Assembly (NCBI RefSeq): GCF_039654945.1 | Contig: NW_027361788.1 | Span: 28,520,001-28,584,000 of the forward strand | DNA length: 64,000 nucleotides | Direction: 5' to 3' | From: Dendrobates tinctorius | Taxonomy: Eukaryota | Shown here: piece by piece, positions 48,801-61,943 of the stretch | Numbering within the stretch: position 1 is the stretch's first letter | How the letters are laid out: each line of letters begins with the position of its first letter | The notes under the pieces: model-generated | Seen by the model: the letters and a program-made list of their open reading frames with translations, nothing else | The model's database searches: none | Told to the model about the DNA's origin: nothing | Made by a program: the position numbers and the translations under genes

Positions 48801-50234
48801 ACACAGATCTTTAGGGATCTAATAATACATGCTGCATGGAGGCATATGTACGAGAATGCACTGACTGTATTGCATGTGGTGTCTCTATGCTCCTCCATGA
48901 TGGACACTGGGGCCAATACTAGGGAAGAATTTCACCAAAATACATCTATACCGTATCTGCCATAGAACTCTATGGGAGCCGTACGGTCATTGAGGCCTTG
49001 GATACTATCAAACCTAGATCAAGTAGTGCAAATGTACTGAAAAATCCTAATTGACAGGATATTTGTACAAAGCCAACACTCAGTACTAGTGCCAGGAAAC
49101 CGGAGGCCCTGCCTTGTACAAGTGTCCTTGAATGTCCAGGTCAGGACAGTAATCAGTCCCTGAATAGTGTCTGGGTGACCTGTTCTCCAGATTGGATCTT
49201 GAGACCAGTATAGACACCATAAGTTTAAAGTTAAGGGGTTTTGCTCTTTGTAACGGAAATAGTGCCCCTCTTGTCCATAGTCTACGTTAGGTATTGCAGT
49301 ACTGCTCAGAGACCTCCACCGCTGCAAATCCCAATCCAAGGTTGGATATTGCCTGACAAAGTTAAAGGGGATCAAAGTGACCCTTTTTGTCTTGGGATTT
49401 AGGCATTCTTGTTCATCATGACCCCCAGTAAATAGCATATATGGTGTTCCCTTTTAAGTCACTTTCTACTATGCAGTCATCTGGCAGCGATCTGGGCTCC
49501 CTGCAGATGATACGGTTCTGTGGCGATACATAGATTGGGACTTGCGGCCGTAATACCACAGACAGAGGAGCAGTAGACTTCATGACCAATGGTAACCTAT
49601 TACTAGGGTGACATACACATACCCAGCATGCTCTAGGGTTCCTGAATCGGAGGTCCAGCAGAACACACTGTGCTGCCCTTATAATGAGCCCTTCTCATCC
49701 CTCCAACTTTTTTGCCTTTTTTTTTTCTTTACACTTTTATTTTATGCCATTAAAAGCTATTTTCAGATAATGTTATTTTCTGAGAAAACCTTTACAAAAA
49801 AAATTATATGCTGATTATAGACATAAGACCAAGTTACTGCTATGTAACAGAAAAGGGGGAGACAGGAGGCTTATCTCTGGAAAGAAAAGCAATGGGATCA
49901 GGTAAATTGAAATTCAACCTGCTTGATCATTTTATTTTTCCACAATGTCACACTTGGCAAATGTCCCAGGATTTCCGGGACTCCTGGACTGATTGGGAGG
50001 TTGTTTCCAAGATGGGTAGGTGGGCTCCTGGGAAGGAGGGGTTAGAGACTGTACTTAAAGGTGTTGTCCACTATGGAGACAATTATGTATGTACTTTTAT
50101 TTAAATGCATGTATTTGGGGCTTAAAAATATTTTTGCAATAGGGTTTCACTAAAACGTTTGCACCGTTCGGCTTTTACAGGCTCTTTGTTTATCTGCACA
50201 TTCAACTTTGATGTGGTCTGTGGTTATATATCTG

Positions 50235-52002
50235 CAGGGACATACAAAGAAATCATGGGGCCCCCAAAGCATAAGTCTACACTCCCCCAAAAAAACTTAA
50301 TATCCGGTGGGGTAACAGAAGAGCATATCTCGCAACTTTATAGTCGTTATAAGTTAATTTTCCTCCTATTGAAGGCCCATGGTGTTCCCACACATTGACA
50401 CCCCATCATGGCCCCCATAAAGTATGATGTCAACACAATGATACCCCCCCCACAGTGAATTCCTACACATCACCCTTCAGCTGCACAGTATGATGACCAT
50501 ACATTACCCCCCCCCACCGTGATCCCAACAAAGTATGATGGCCCTCCATACAGTATATTGCCCCTTACAACCCTCCACACAGTATAATGGTCCCTACACA
50601 TCCCTTCATATTGCATAATTGCCCACACACAGTATAATGGACCCCACTAGCCCTCCAAGCATACTGGTTTCCACATAGCTGTCCAAATAGTATAATGGCC
50701 CCCATATAGCCCTGAAAATTGTATAATGGCACCCATATAGCCCTCCAAATAGTATAATAGCCCCCACATAGCCCTGAAAATTGTATAATGGCACCCATAT
50801 AGCCCTCCAAATAGTATAATGGCCCCCACATAGCCCTGAAAATTGTATAATGGCACCCATATAGCCCTCCAAATAGTATAATAGCCCCCACATAGCCCTG
50901 AAAATTGTATAATGCCCACCAAATAATATAATGGCTATAGCCCTCCAAATAGTATAATGGCCCACACATAGGCCTCCAAATTATATAATGACCCTCAAAT
51001 AGACCTGCAAACCGTATAATGGGCCACAAATATTTCTGCAAACTGTATAACAGTGTATATAGCCCTCCTAATAGCATAATGGCCCCCATAGTCCTCCACA
51101 TAGTACAATGGCCCCCACATAGCTCTGTAAACTTTTTACAGGGCCCCTATTGATTTATAAAAAGAAAAAATACTCTCTCTTTGCTTCCCCGCTGCTCTGT
51201 TCTCCTCAGCAGGTGTTCTGAAGTTCTGCACTGCTTGGTGGATGCATTGCATACATATTAGTCCTTAAAGCACATCATGGGTCACACTCCGCAATATTTG
51301 AATTTCACTGAATGCCACAAAAATAAATTAAATAGTAAAGGAATGTATATCACAAAATATTTGCAAATTTATTCACAATGAAAACATGTTACATAAAAGA
51401 TCAACATACATGTAGATGCCTCAAAATACCAGAGGTCGCCTGCAGCTTGAACAAAATCACTGCTGAACCAACTGAAGTAACCGCTCACTAAGGCATTCAA
51501 CAGCCAAAATACCCATTCCATTACAAAGGCAATTGCTGCTTAAAATCTATATTATATACAATGCCAATGTGACATCAATTTATATCTAGACACAGTGCCC
51601 GGATTTCTAGCTGCATTGCAATCAACATACTTTCTATAAAGAGGATGATAGACCATCAAAAAACGCTACTAAACGAGCATATAGGTCAGCAATACCTGAG
51701 TGTACGTCCAAGCTGTCACTGCGACCCACCCCAACGCGCGTTTGGCCTGTTCCGAAGTTCTGCACTGCTTGGCGGGTGCGATGTAATGACGTCATCATAC
51801 CTGCTATGCTGACGTCAAACGCAGAGGGAGAATGATGGAGGAGAGAGCTGACTGCTTCCTTTTCCATCATTGCTTTCAGCTATATCATCATCTAGAATGC
51901 TGATTCAGTTGAAAGTGTGATGCTAGGCAGGGTACCCTGATGCTGGCTTTAGGCCCCTCCATAGCGTCCACATGGTCTGCCACTATTGGCGGTATGCCCT
52001 TG
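50235..52002. mobile_element. Non-autonomous hAT element carrying a 31/62-bp minisatellite (~50570-51120)
   Basis: TIR CAGGGACATAC / GTATGCCCTTG, 8-bp TSD TATATCTG / TACATCTG at 50227-50234 and 52003-52010. Confidence 0.8.
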
Positions 52003-53200
52003 TACATCTGCTGAGAGGAATGCAATAAAAAACAGATAAGAGTTACAAACTCTCCTGTCATTTACTATGAAAGAGCTCACTGACTGATTCTTAGATGACT
52101 CATTCTGCCAGCAGCATTAGACAGTGCAGTAGAAAAGCTATAGAAAGTAAATGGTGCAAAAACATTTTTAGCCTCAAAATACACCTTTAACCCTCACAAT
52201 TGCCTCCGAAATGTTGGCAACCATGCATAGTCTAATGACTGTCAGTAAGCTAAGAATCCCAGCAAATGGTGACAATGTGTTTGGGCCTGCCCTAATACAT
52301 TGTTAGGATCTTCTGTATGAAATGACACTTGTTATTATAGCCTCATGGAAAATATCGGTGTGGCAACAAATCCCCATTGGAGTGGAAAAACCAGACGAAC
52401 GACCAGAGATGTTCTGCGGGACTCCGGTCAGACTGGTCCTGGAGGGGTACAGGATTTTTATCTGTTTATATAGCGGTCTGTAATTGCTTATTTTATTTAT
52501 GTTGGAGCAGTGGGTACAGATGGTGCCAGTCTGAGGACTGCTGGCAAGTAAATGTGCATGTGCTGCTCCTGTAATAAAAAAAAAAATAAACTTTCAGTGA
52601 ATATGTGTCACGTGGAACACTTCTGTGTTAGACCAATACCTGGTAAGGGCTTTTTTTTTGCCCACAGTTTGCATTTCGGGGGGTTCCATTTAGTTGATTT
52701 CTACAACTTTAAGAGATGCCTTAAGTAAAAAAAATTATCCTAGAAGAGTTCTGGGTTACTCGCCTCTCGGCCATGGTACCTTTCTGTTCTGCATTACACA
52801 CAGATATGAATGGACAGAGTGTAATGCATCACTTCTCCTGTAGGGGCACTGCAGTGAAACTGAACACTTGCAACCAGATCACCCTGCAACTGATCTCAGG
52901 GGGACCCTTTTTAACACACCAGACACCCCCTAGGCCAATATCAGACATCCATGTTTCACAGTCTGAGTGTTGACCGCCATGTACGGACTGTCCGTGAGTC
53001 TCCTGCCTGAATCTGACAATCTCCTACATAACTATGAGGCTGTTGTGTAAAGGTCAGGAGGCCTGCGGATAGTTCGTTTTCGAACCGCAAAACTATCTAG
53101 TTGGGTTTTTTTTAATTAGTATTTTAAGTCATAAAGGCTTTTAATGCGAAGTTCAATTAAACAACAATTTCTTCATTTATGTCCTAGTTAAAGACCAATC

Positions 53201-54087
53201 TGTTATGATTAGGTAACCGAGGAGGGATAGCTGGGGAAAGCTAGGCAACCAGATAACCAGAAAGGTTGGCAACTTAGCGGATTGCAGACCCCTAAAACTA
53301 ACAACACAACTAGAATTAGCCGTGGGACGTACCTACGATGCCCTAGACGCCTCAGCACAGCCAAAGAATTAACTAAGCCTAAAGCAAGAAAGGGGAAAAC
53401 TAAACTGCCCCGGAGAAGAACCCCAAATGAATAGATAGCCCCCAAACATATATTGCCGGTGAGACAAGATGAGGCACAAACACAGGCAGAAAATAGAGTA
53501 AGCAAATGATGGGGCCCAAACTGTCTAGATAGGACAGGAAAGATACTGTCTGCAATCAAGCAAAAAACCCTAAGAAAAATCCAACATGCCTGATATGCAA
53601 AAATACTGAGGCAACACTACCTTTCCCCCACTAGATCAGAATTCTGGTGTGAACTGAAAGCAAAACAAAAGATACTGATATAACGGGATTAGCAATACTG
53701 AACAGACTGACATAAGCTGTGGCATATGGAACGGGGTCCAGCACCGGTCCAAGCAGGGAACAATGCTGAACCCATACAGCAAAGCAAAAAGCAGATAAAA
53801 GCAAAAACTGGATCAAATGCAAAAAGATTCCAGCAAACAAATAACTTATCTGAATGATGCAGGACCAAGCTGGGGGCAAGCTGACTTCAAAATGCACAGG
53901 AAGAAAACCAAATCACCAGCAACAACTGAGGGAAACTTGTTCACTTAAATCCTCCCAGTCTGTAACACCTGACCTCCAATCATCCTCTTCAGGTGATTGA
54001 CTTCTGTCAACCCGACCAGCTCCATTACCAGCAGCAACCACCAGAGGGAGCCCAAACTCAGAAGTCAGGTCCAAAGTGTTCACAACA
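53201..54087. mobile_element. Solo LTR (887 bp), related to 34701-35495 and in the opposite orientation
   Basis: TGTTATGA...TCACAACA termini, 6-bp TSD CCAATC at 53195-53200 and 54088-54093. Confidence 0.88.
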
Positions 54088-55092
54088 CCAATCACTTGCT
54101 ATAAATTCATAATTTTTTTTACCTGGTGTAAATGCCGCTGTTCTCCGGAATCCGGTGTTGTATTTCTTTTATTCCTGCGTCTCTCCATTCCTGAGATATG
54201 ACCTCCTTTTCTTTGTATATAAAACTAGTCTTTTTAGCCAAGTGGGTGTCTTCAAGAACCACATGCAGTTGGCTAACAAGACAAGATTTACATACAGGGA
54301 AGAAGAGGCCATATCTCAGGAACGGAGAGGCGCAGGAACAAAAGAAATACAACGCCGGATTAAGACCAGCGGCATTTACACCAGGTAAAAAAGAAAAACA
54401 TTTTCGGCAAGTGAGTAGGTCCCCTTGTGACAATCCCCTTGGGATTGTGCAGGATAAGAAAAAAAAATATGGCTTCTCCAAGAAACAGTACCTACAGGCT
54501 AGCCAACTTGATTTTTTTTTTTTTTTGACACCTTATCTAAAATTTTCAGACAGCCAATATATTTTTACAGACACATTGGAAAAGCATGATCATAAAGATT
54601 ACGGTAAGTGTGCTGTGACTACAGCCCATGAATCTGGAATAAACACATTAGCAGCATTCACTGTAAATGGATAATTACATTCACAATCTATATGACTTTC
54701 CAGTTTTATAATAAAATCATGGACACGTACATTTTTTTTCTTAAAGGACAGGGCAAAATAAGTTCTTTATTTTCACGAACTTTCCATGAATTTCTGGATG
54801 ATTGGCAACCCCGAGTGCCACTCCTGTTCACAGGTTGTGAGTGGTATGGTAGATTAGATTTAAATTGTTTCTGAAGTAGGGGAACTTTTTTTTTTTTTTC
54901 TAAATTGTAAAATTGCAAACTTTTCTTTTTCCATAGCCAAATCCTTGTTCCAGCTGATGGTGATCACATGACCGATGCTGGTATGCGGGGCCTCTGTCTC
55001 TCCCTTTCCTTTATCTGGCAGCTTCATCTGGCAGTTGTGTCCTCTCATCCTCCACCGATCCAAGGGTTACAGGAAGCTTTGTCCTCCTCAAT

Positions 55093-55125
55093 ATGGTTCT
55101 GATGACAGACGAACAGGTCCAGAAG
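55093..55125 (+). CDS. PHYHD1: Phytanoyl-CoA dioxygenase domain-containing protein 1, coding exon 1
   Basis: MVLMTDEQVQK|gtgagc, 33 bp, in phase with the next exon. Confidence 0.85.
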
Positions 55126-56178
55126 GTGAGCTATAAATGTGCTCCACCTGTACAGGTGCAGCAGACCTCACACAAATGTGCTATAGGTAGGATATAGGGG
55201 AGCGGAATAGTAAGGGCAGATGGAGCAGGATTAGTGCAGCACGGTGTTCGTGTGCAGCACATGGCTGTCATTATGTAACCAGATGGATTAACCTTTGCAA
55301 TCACTGCTTTGAAGCTGGCGGGATCAGTGCCCTCCGTGCTCCTTCAAAGGTGGCACTACTTAAACGGGAAAGCAAAACGCTATGCCGCTGGCCGAACTAT
55401 CAATCTTCAGGAGCGCACCGCCCCCTGGGAGTCAGTAAACCAGGAGGCAGATGAGTGGTGTGACCCTGAAGATAGGAACTTGAGAACACCCCTTTAATGT
55501 GGGAAAGATGTGGCATAACTGGGGGGGGGGGGCATTTTCCCTGGCTGCAAAATTTCAAAAGAACTGGTGCAGCAAAAAACGTGAGCAGTGCTCAAGCCAC
55601 TCACCTTTGGCTAGGTGCCCCGGAAACACGCCATTTTCAACATGACATCAATGCAGTGGGATCATATAGACCCGGAGGTTGCCACTAGTCTTCTCTGGGT
55701 GCAGGTGGCACAATGATGTCATTGCACGGTGCCACCTGTGCCAAGGAGAGGTGGACTTGATTGCTCGCATTAAAGGAGCATAAACTGTTGGGTTCGGGTA
55801 GCACAAAGGTATTATTATTTTGAAGTCATTATTTGTTTTAATGGAGCACTCAGGTGGCATTATTTCAAGGGGGCAATTTATCTGGTTTGGGGGTGCATTA
55901 ATTGCTTGCCCCAGGGGCTGACAATCCATTCTAAGACATTGCTTAAAGGGGAGTACCATTTAAGACACCACAAAAGGTAAAAATGGTGGGGAGTAATGAA
56001 CTGTAAAGCACCAGAGTTGCTGACTTGTCATCTTGTATGCATAGTGTAAACCGCCATGTACTGGAATATAATACAGCAATAATGAACTAATGTATTTCTT
56101 ATACTGTGACTCAATGGTGCCACCTGCTGCTGGTGGTGGTCAAAAACACTGCCTGAACAATCTGCCTCCATTTTGCAG

Positions 56179-56337
56179 TTCCATGAAGATGGTTATTTGG
56201 TTCTGGACGGACTTTTCAGCCATGAAGAATGCGAGACCATGAAGGAGGAAATTGGAAGGATTATACAAGACATGGACGTCCCTCCTCACTGCCGTACAGA
56301 GTTTTCTACACAGCAGGAAGAACAACTAAAAGCTCAG
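56179..56337 (+). CDS. PHYHD1: PHYHD1 coding exon 2 (159 bp)
   Basis: FHEDGYLVLDGLFS..DVPPHCRTEFSTQQEEQLKAQ, canonical AG/GT. Confidence 0.95.
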
Positions 56338-56860
56338 GTTTTAGGCACCATTTTATATGATCCAATATTCAATGGTATTTTAAAAAAGGGATTAAAAAAC
56401 ATGCAGGCACCGCAGCCATCCACAGGTTGGGTGTGGTACTGCAGCTGAGCTCCATTCACAGAGGTGTAATACCAGACACAACCATTGGACAGGGGTGGCA
56501 CTAGATTATCAGTATAGCAGCCATGTTTTCTACTTCTTGTAGTTCATAGTCTGGCCAGAACAGGCCTTGCTGTGTTGTATTGTGATAGATGGAAGGGTGA
56601 GAGCACGCAGTACAGCTGGTGGCACATGGACAAAATGTCCAACTCCATGATGGCCAATGACTGCACCATCTTGAGGCAAAATTATGCATCCTTTGACCAC
56701 GGAGATTGGGTAGTGTCTCGGCTGCATGGTCTGCCACACCATGTGGACTCAAACTAAGGTCTATTTTAGATATCTGTGAAACACAGTCCATGAACAGACC
56801 ACGATGTATGGACTGGCCGCGGGTCTCCCAGCTCCAAGCCAATTGCCTCTTATATGCCTA

Positions 56861-59138
56861 CTAGCTGCTGGCCCGATTCTAAAGCATCGGGTACTCTAGA
56901 ATATGGCCAGTGGGAGATTAAAATAAAAAATGTGATCTATTCACCATCCGACGGCCCCTGGACTGTGTCCCTCCTCTCCACGATCCCGGCATCTTCCGTT
57001 CCCAGTAATGCTTTGCGCCAAAGACCGCTGCTGACGTCACTCTCGCGAGAGTGCAACGTCATCAGCGGTCTTTGGCGCAAAGCCTTACTGGGAACGGAAG
57101 ATGCCGGGAGCGTGGAGAGGAGAGAAAAAGTCCGGAGGCCGTCGGAAGGTGAGTATATCACTCTTATTTTAATTCTAATTTTTACACGTTCATGGTACCC
57201 AGGGTCCGGAGGAGTTTCCTCTCTTTTAGACCCTGGGTACCGCTAGCCGGTAATCTCCTGGCTGCGTCGCCGCTGACGCCCAGAGATGACCCGCGGCAAC
57301 CGTCGGGAGATCAGCGGCTAGCGCCGCTGATCTCCCGACGGTAGCAGTGGCGTGCGTCTTGAGGACTGTGTCTGCGCACTGCGCCTGTCGCTGATTGGTC
57401 GAGGCCTGGCGGCCACGACCGGTCAGCAACGCTGGATTTCGGTTACAGACAGACACCATAAGACGAATATATATACACAGTCATATGTTAAAGTTTGGGC
57501 ACCCCTATTAATGTTAACCTTTTTTCTTTATAACAATTTTGTTTTTTGCAACAGCTATTTCAGTTTCATATATCTAATAACTGATGGACTCAGTTATATT
57601 TTTGGATTCAAATGAGGTTTATTGTACTAACAGAAAATGTGCAATCTGCATTTAAACAAAATTTGACCGGTGCAAAAGTATGGGCACCCTTATTTTCTTG
57701 ATTTGAACACTCCTAACTACTTTTTACTGACTTCCTGAAGCACTAAATTGGTTTTGTAACCTCATTGAGCTTTGAACTTCATAGCCAGGTGTATCAAATC
57801 ATGAGAAAAGGTATTTAAGGTGGTCACTTGCAAGTAGTTCTCCTATTTGATTCTCCTATGAAGAGTGGCATCATGGGCTCCTCAAAAGAACTCTCAAATG
57901 ATCTGAAAACAAAGATTATTCAACATAGCTTTTCAGGGGAAGGATACAAAAAGTTGTCTCAGAGATTTAACCTGTCACTTTCCACTGTGAGGAACATAGT
58001 AAGGAAATGGAAGAACACAGGTACAGTTCTTGTTAAGCCCAGAAGTGGCAGGCCAAGAAAAATATCAGAAAGGCAGAGAAGAAGAATGGTGAGAACAGTC
58101 AAGGACAATCCACAGACCACCTCCAAAGACCTGCAGCATCATCTTGCTGCAGATGGTGTCACTGTGCATCGGTCAACAATACAGCGCACTTTGCACAAGG
58201 AGAAGCTGTATGGGAGAGTGATGCGAAAGAAGCGGTTTCTGCAAGCACGCCAAAAACAGAGTCGCCTGAGGTATGCAAAAGCACATTTGGACAAGCCAGT
58301 TACATTTTGGAAGAAGGTCCTGTGGACTGATGAAACAAAGATTGAGTTGTTTGGTCATACAAAAAGGCGTTATGCATGGAGGCCAAAAAACCCAGCATTC
58401 CAAGAAAAACACTTGCTACCCACATTAAAATTTGGTGGAGGTTCCATCATGCTTTGGGGCTGTGTGGCCAATGCCGGCACCGGGAATCTTGTTAAAGTTG
58501 AGGGTCGCATGGATTCAACTCAGTATCAGCAGATTCTTGACAATAATGTGCAAGAATCAGTGACGAAGTTGAAGTTACGCAGGGGATGGATATTTCAGCA
58601 AGACAATGATCCAAAACACCGCTCCAAATCTACTCAGGCATTCATGCAGAGGAACAATTACAATGTTCTGGAATGGCCATCCCAGTCCCCACACCTGAAT
58701 ATCATTGAACATCTGTGGGATGATTTGAAGCGGGCTGTCCATGCTCGGCGACCATCAAACTTAACTGAACTGGAATTGTTTTGTAAACAGGAATGGTCAC
58801 AAATACCTTCATCCAGGATCTCATTAATAGCTACAGGAAGCGACTAGAGGCTGTTATTTTTGCAAAAGGAGGATCTACGAAATATTAATGTCACTTTTAT
58901 GTTGAGGTGCCAATACTTTTGCACCGGTCAAATTTTGTTTAAATGCAGATTGCACATTTTCTGTTAGTACAATAAACCTCATTTGAATCCAGAAATATAA
59001 CGGAGTCCATCAGTTATTAGATATATGAAACAGAAATAGCTGTTGCAAAAACCAAAATTGTTATAAAGAAAAAAGGTTAACATTAATAGGGGTGCCCAAA
59101 CTTTAACATATGACTGTAGATATATATATATATATAGA
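56861..59138 (-). mobile_element. Non-autonomous Helitron (with Tc1 nested in its 5' TA tract)
   Basis: Minus strand reads A|TC...CTAG|T. Subterminal hairpin CCCGATTCTAAAGCATCGGG at 56872-56891. No TSD. Confidence 0.75.
57478..59116 (+). mobile_element. Near-intact Tc1 transposon (DD34E), ~205-bp TIRs
   Basis: TIR CAGTCATATGTTAAAGTTTGGGCACCCC. Transposase from ATG 57873 with WTDETK, QQDNDPKH and NIIE (34 residues between D and E). A small deletion near 58820 shifts off the C-terminal ..AKGGSTKY* (stop 58888). Confidence 0.96.
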
Positions 59139-59219
59139 TGTGACTGCTGAGTTTGTGTCAGGAGATCTATGGTTACTCCGTTCATGGACTGTGTTTTATG
59201 GATCCTGAATTTGGCCTAA

Positions 59220-59406
59220 GGCCGGGCTCATACATGCGAGAAACTCGGATGAGTCTCGCATCTTAATACTCGGCACTGCCGTCGGCACTCGGGAGCGGAG
59301 CATGCGGCTCCATGTATTTCTATTCGGCCGCACGCTCCGAGTGCCGGCTGTGCCTGGTATTAAGATGCGAGACTCGTCCGAGTTTCTCGCATGTGTGATC
59401 CTGGCC
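59220..59406. mobile_element. Short palindromic Harbinger/Tourist-like MITE
   Basis: GGCCGGG..CATGCGAGAAACTCGG / CCGAGTTTCTCGCATG..CTGGCC, TAA/TTA flanks. Confidence 0.8.
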
Positions 59407-59684
59407 TTAGAGCAATAATCCTGTGTTCTGGAGGTTTATGAATCCAGACCCGCGACCATCAAATAATTACAAGGCTGACTTCAGTATAGAAAGGGCTGTT
59501 TCTTTGTGTAGGTGCTATGACAGTGGCCATATTGGTAGTCACCCAGCTATCCATGTGTGAATAAGAAACAGCCGAATAAAATTAAGTATACAGTATACTG
59601 CAGATACGATTTATGGCGATTAGTTGTGAAACTTGGGACATGACATATTAGAGGCTTAATCTCTCTTCATTATGTCACCGATAG

Positions 59685-59798
<114 letters not shown>

Positions 59799-60394
59799 TA
59801 AATGACTTTTTTTTTTACCTGGCATAAATGACACTGTTCTCCTGAATCCAGCTTTGTTTTCCTTTTGTTTCTGAGTCTCTCTGTTCCTGAGATATGGCCT
59901 TATGTTCACTGTAAGTTTAGTCCTTTAAGCAAAGTGGGTGTGGTCCTCACTCTTCTCTGGAGGCGTGTTCTCTATGGCCACTCCAAGATGGCTTCAAAAG
60001 GACACAATTTATATACAGGGAAGAAGGTGCCATATCTCAGAATCGGAGATGCGCAGGAACAAAAGCAAAACAACACCGGATTCAGGAGAACAGTAGCATT
60101 TACACGAGGTAAAAACAAATTACTTAATTATGACAAATGGCAGTCTTAGAAAGCTGTACCGGATTACTAAAGAGATTTTTGTTTACCAGACTCCCGTCTA
60201 TAAGATGTCTTTGGTATTGCAACTCATCATTTCTCACTTCAATGGAGAGAGAGTGATGAACTGCAGTACCAGACACAACCTGAGGACAAAAGTGGCACTT
60301 TTTCCGATCTCAGGACTGATGGGGGGGGGGGGGGGGGGAGAGACTTCTATGACGTGTTATTGACAAGCGCAATACCATTTTAACCGTTTTCCAG

Positions 60395-60442
60395 GTGAAT
60401 TTCTGGTGGCAAGAGAAAGATCTGTGAATAAAATAGGACACG
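60395..60442 (+). CDS. PHYHD1: PHYHD1 coding exon 4 (48 bp)
   Basis: EFLVARERSVNKIGH(A), ccag| and |gtaaga. Confidence 0.93.
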
Positions 60443-61887
60443 GTAAGAAGAATACTTTTACTTTCCACTATCCATTTACTAGGATGTGGGTTCTGTAGTG
60501 TGAGGCGTGCATAGTTCTGGCTACATTAGGTCTGGTTCAGACAGCTGTATTTCAATCAAGGTCCATATATAGACCGCAAAGTCCAGAAAGGCCCCGGGTC
60601 TGGAGATCTGGAGATCCACGGTCACGTCAGCCATTGTGCCCCTAACACCAACTGTACAATACTGTCCTGTGAATATGCTCTAAGAATAATTGCACGTAGA
60701 TAATTTTTTTAGGAGGTTTATTACTTAGGAGCCAGTTTCCCTAACAGAAATTCCCATGAGGCCTCATGTATCAAAACATTCTAAAAGAAAATCTTTGTAT
60801 TCTGTATCAACCAATCAGAGCTCAGCTTTCATTGTTTAAACTGCTCTGGTAACATGAAAGCTGCGCTGTAATTGGTTGTTAAGGGCAACAAGGAAAGTCT
60901 TTCTTTTCAGACAGTCTTGGTAAATCTGCCCCAGTATTGCTTTCTGCCCAAAAATAGCACCAAAGGATGTGTCTTCTAAGGCTGAGTGCAGATGTACTTT
61001 TTGGCCCTGTGGATTTTTCCTCGCAGAATGGAAGAAATCCGCTGGTCAAATGGCCTGCATTTTTCATGCGGTTTTTGTGCGGTTTTCCCCCTGCGGATTT
61101 GGTTACAGGGGAGATGGAAAACCGCACACAAGTAGTAACATGCTGCAGATTTTGTACCGCGGAAAAATCCGCAGCGTCTGCACAGCGGTTTTTTTTCATT
61201 GACTTTAAGGCTACTGTACATCACAATGCGGATATGCAACGTTTCTGCGTGGTAAAATCCGCTGCAAATCTGCATCGTGTGCACACAGCCTTACATTACA
61301 GAAAGTGTTTTTCGGTATGGTCTTTTATCTAGGAACTGTCTAATATCTCAGATTAGTCACTTTTACATAAATTTTACATTACCAGACACAACTTATAGAC
61401 ATGGGTGCCGCTGTTTCCTTAAAAAAATAACCTGAATAAAAAAAAAAAAAAATTGTTACTACTTAAAATTGTTACCAAACAGAATTGTTTGTGGCCACCA
61501 TCTTATGAGATATCTGAGAGTAAATACTTCTCCCCATGGGTCACAGAAGAGTTACAGGATACATCAGGCTTGTTCGAGCTCTACCACTAAAGGGGATGTG
61601 CAGAATTATAAGATAACATGGGCGTTTCCATCTAGAAACAGCGCCACCCCTATCCATAGGTTGTGTCTGATATTGCAGCTCAGTTTGTTTGAAGTGAATG
61701 GGGTGTGTGCTGCAATACCACAAACAACCTATGGACAGCCGTGGTGCTGTTTTTACAGGAAAGCTGGAATGTTTTGTTTTTTTTTAACCCCTAATTGTGC
61801 ATGCTAGTTAAATCCACAACATGGCAGCATGCGATTATATGTGAAATCTTTCTTTCTTGCATTTACTTCTGTCTCTGGTTTTTGCAG

Positions 61888-61943
61888 CTTTACATGCACA
61901 TAATCCGATATATAAAAGGGTCACGCACTCCCCCAAAATACAG
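61888..61943 (+). CDS. PHYHD1: PHYHD1 coding exon 5 (56 bp)
   Basis: LHAHNPIYKRVTHSPKIQ, ttgcag| and |gtgagc. Confidence 0.93.

Noticed and set aside
50565-51101. Hydrophobic repeat ORFs
   Set aside because: Translation of the 31/62-bp minisatellite in the hAT element.
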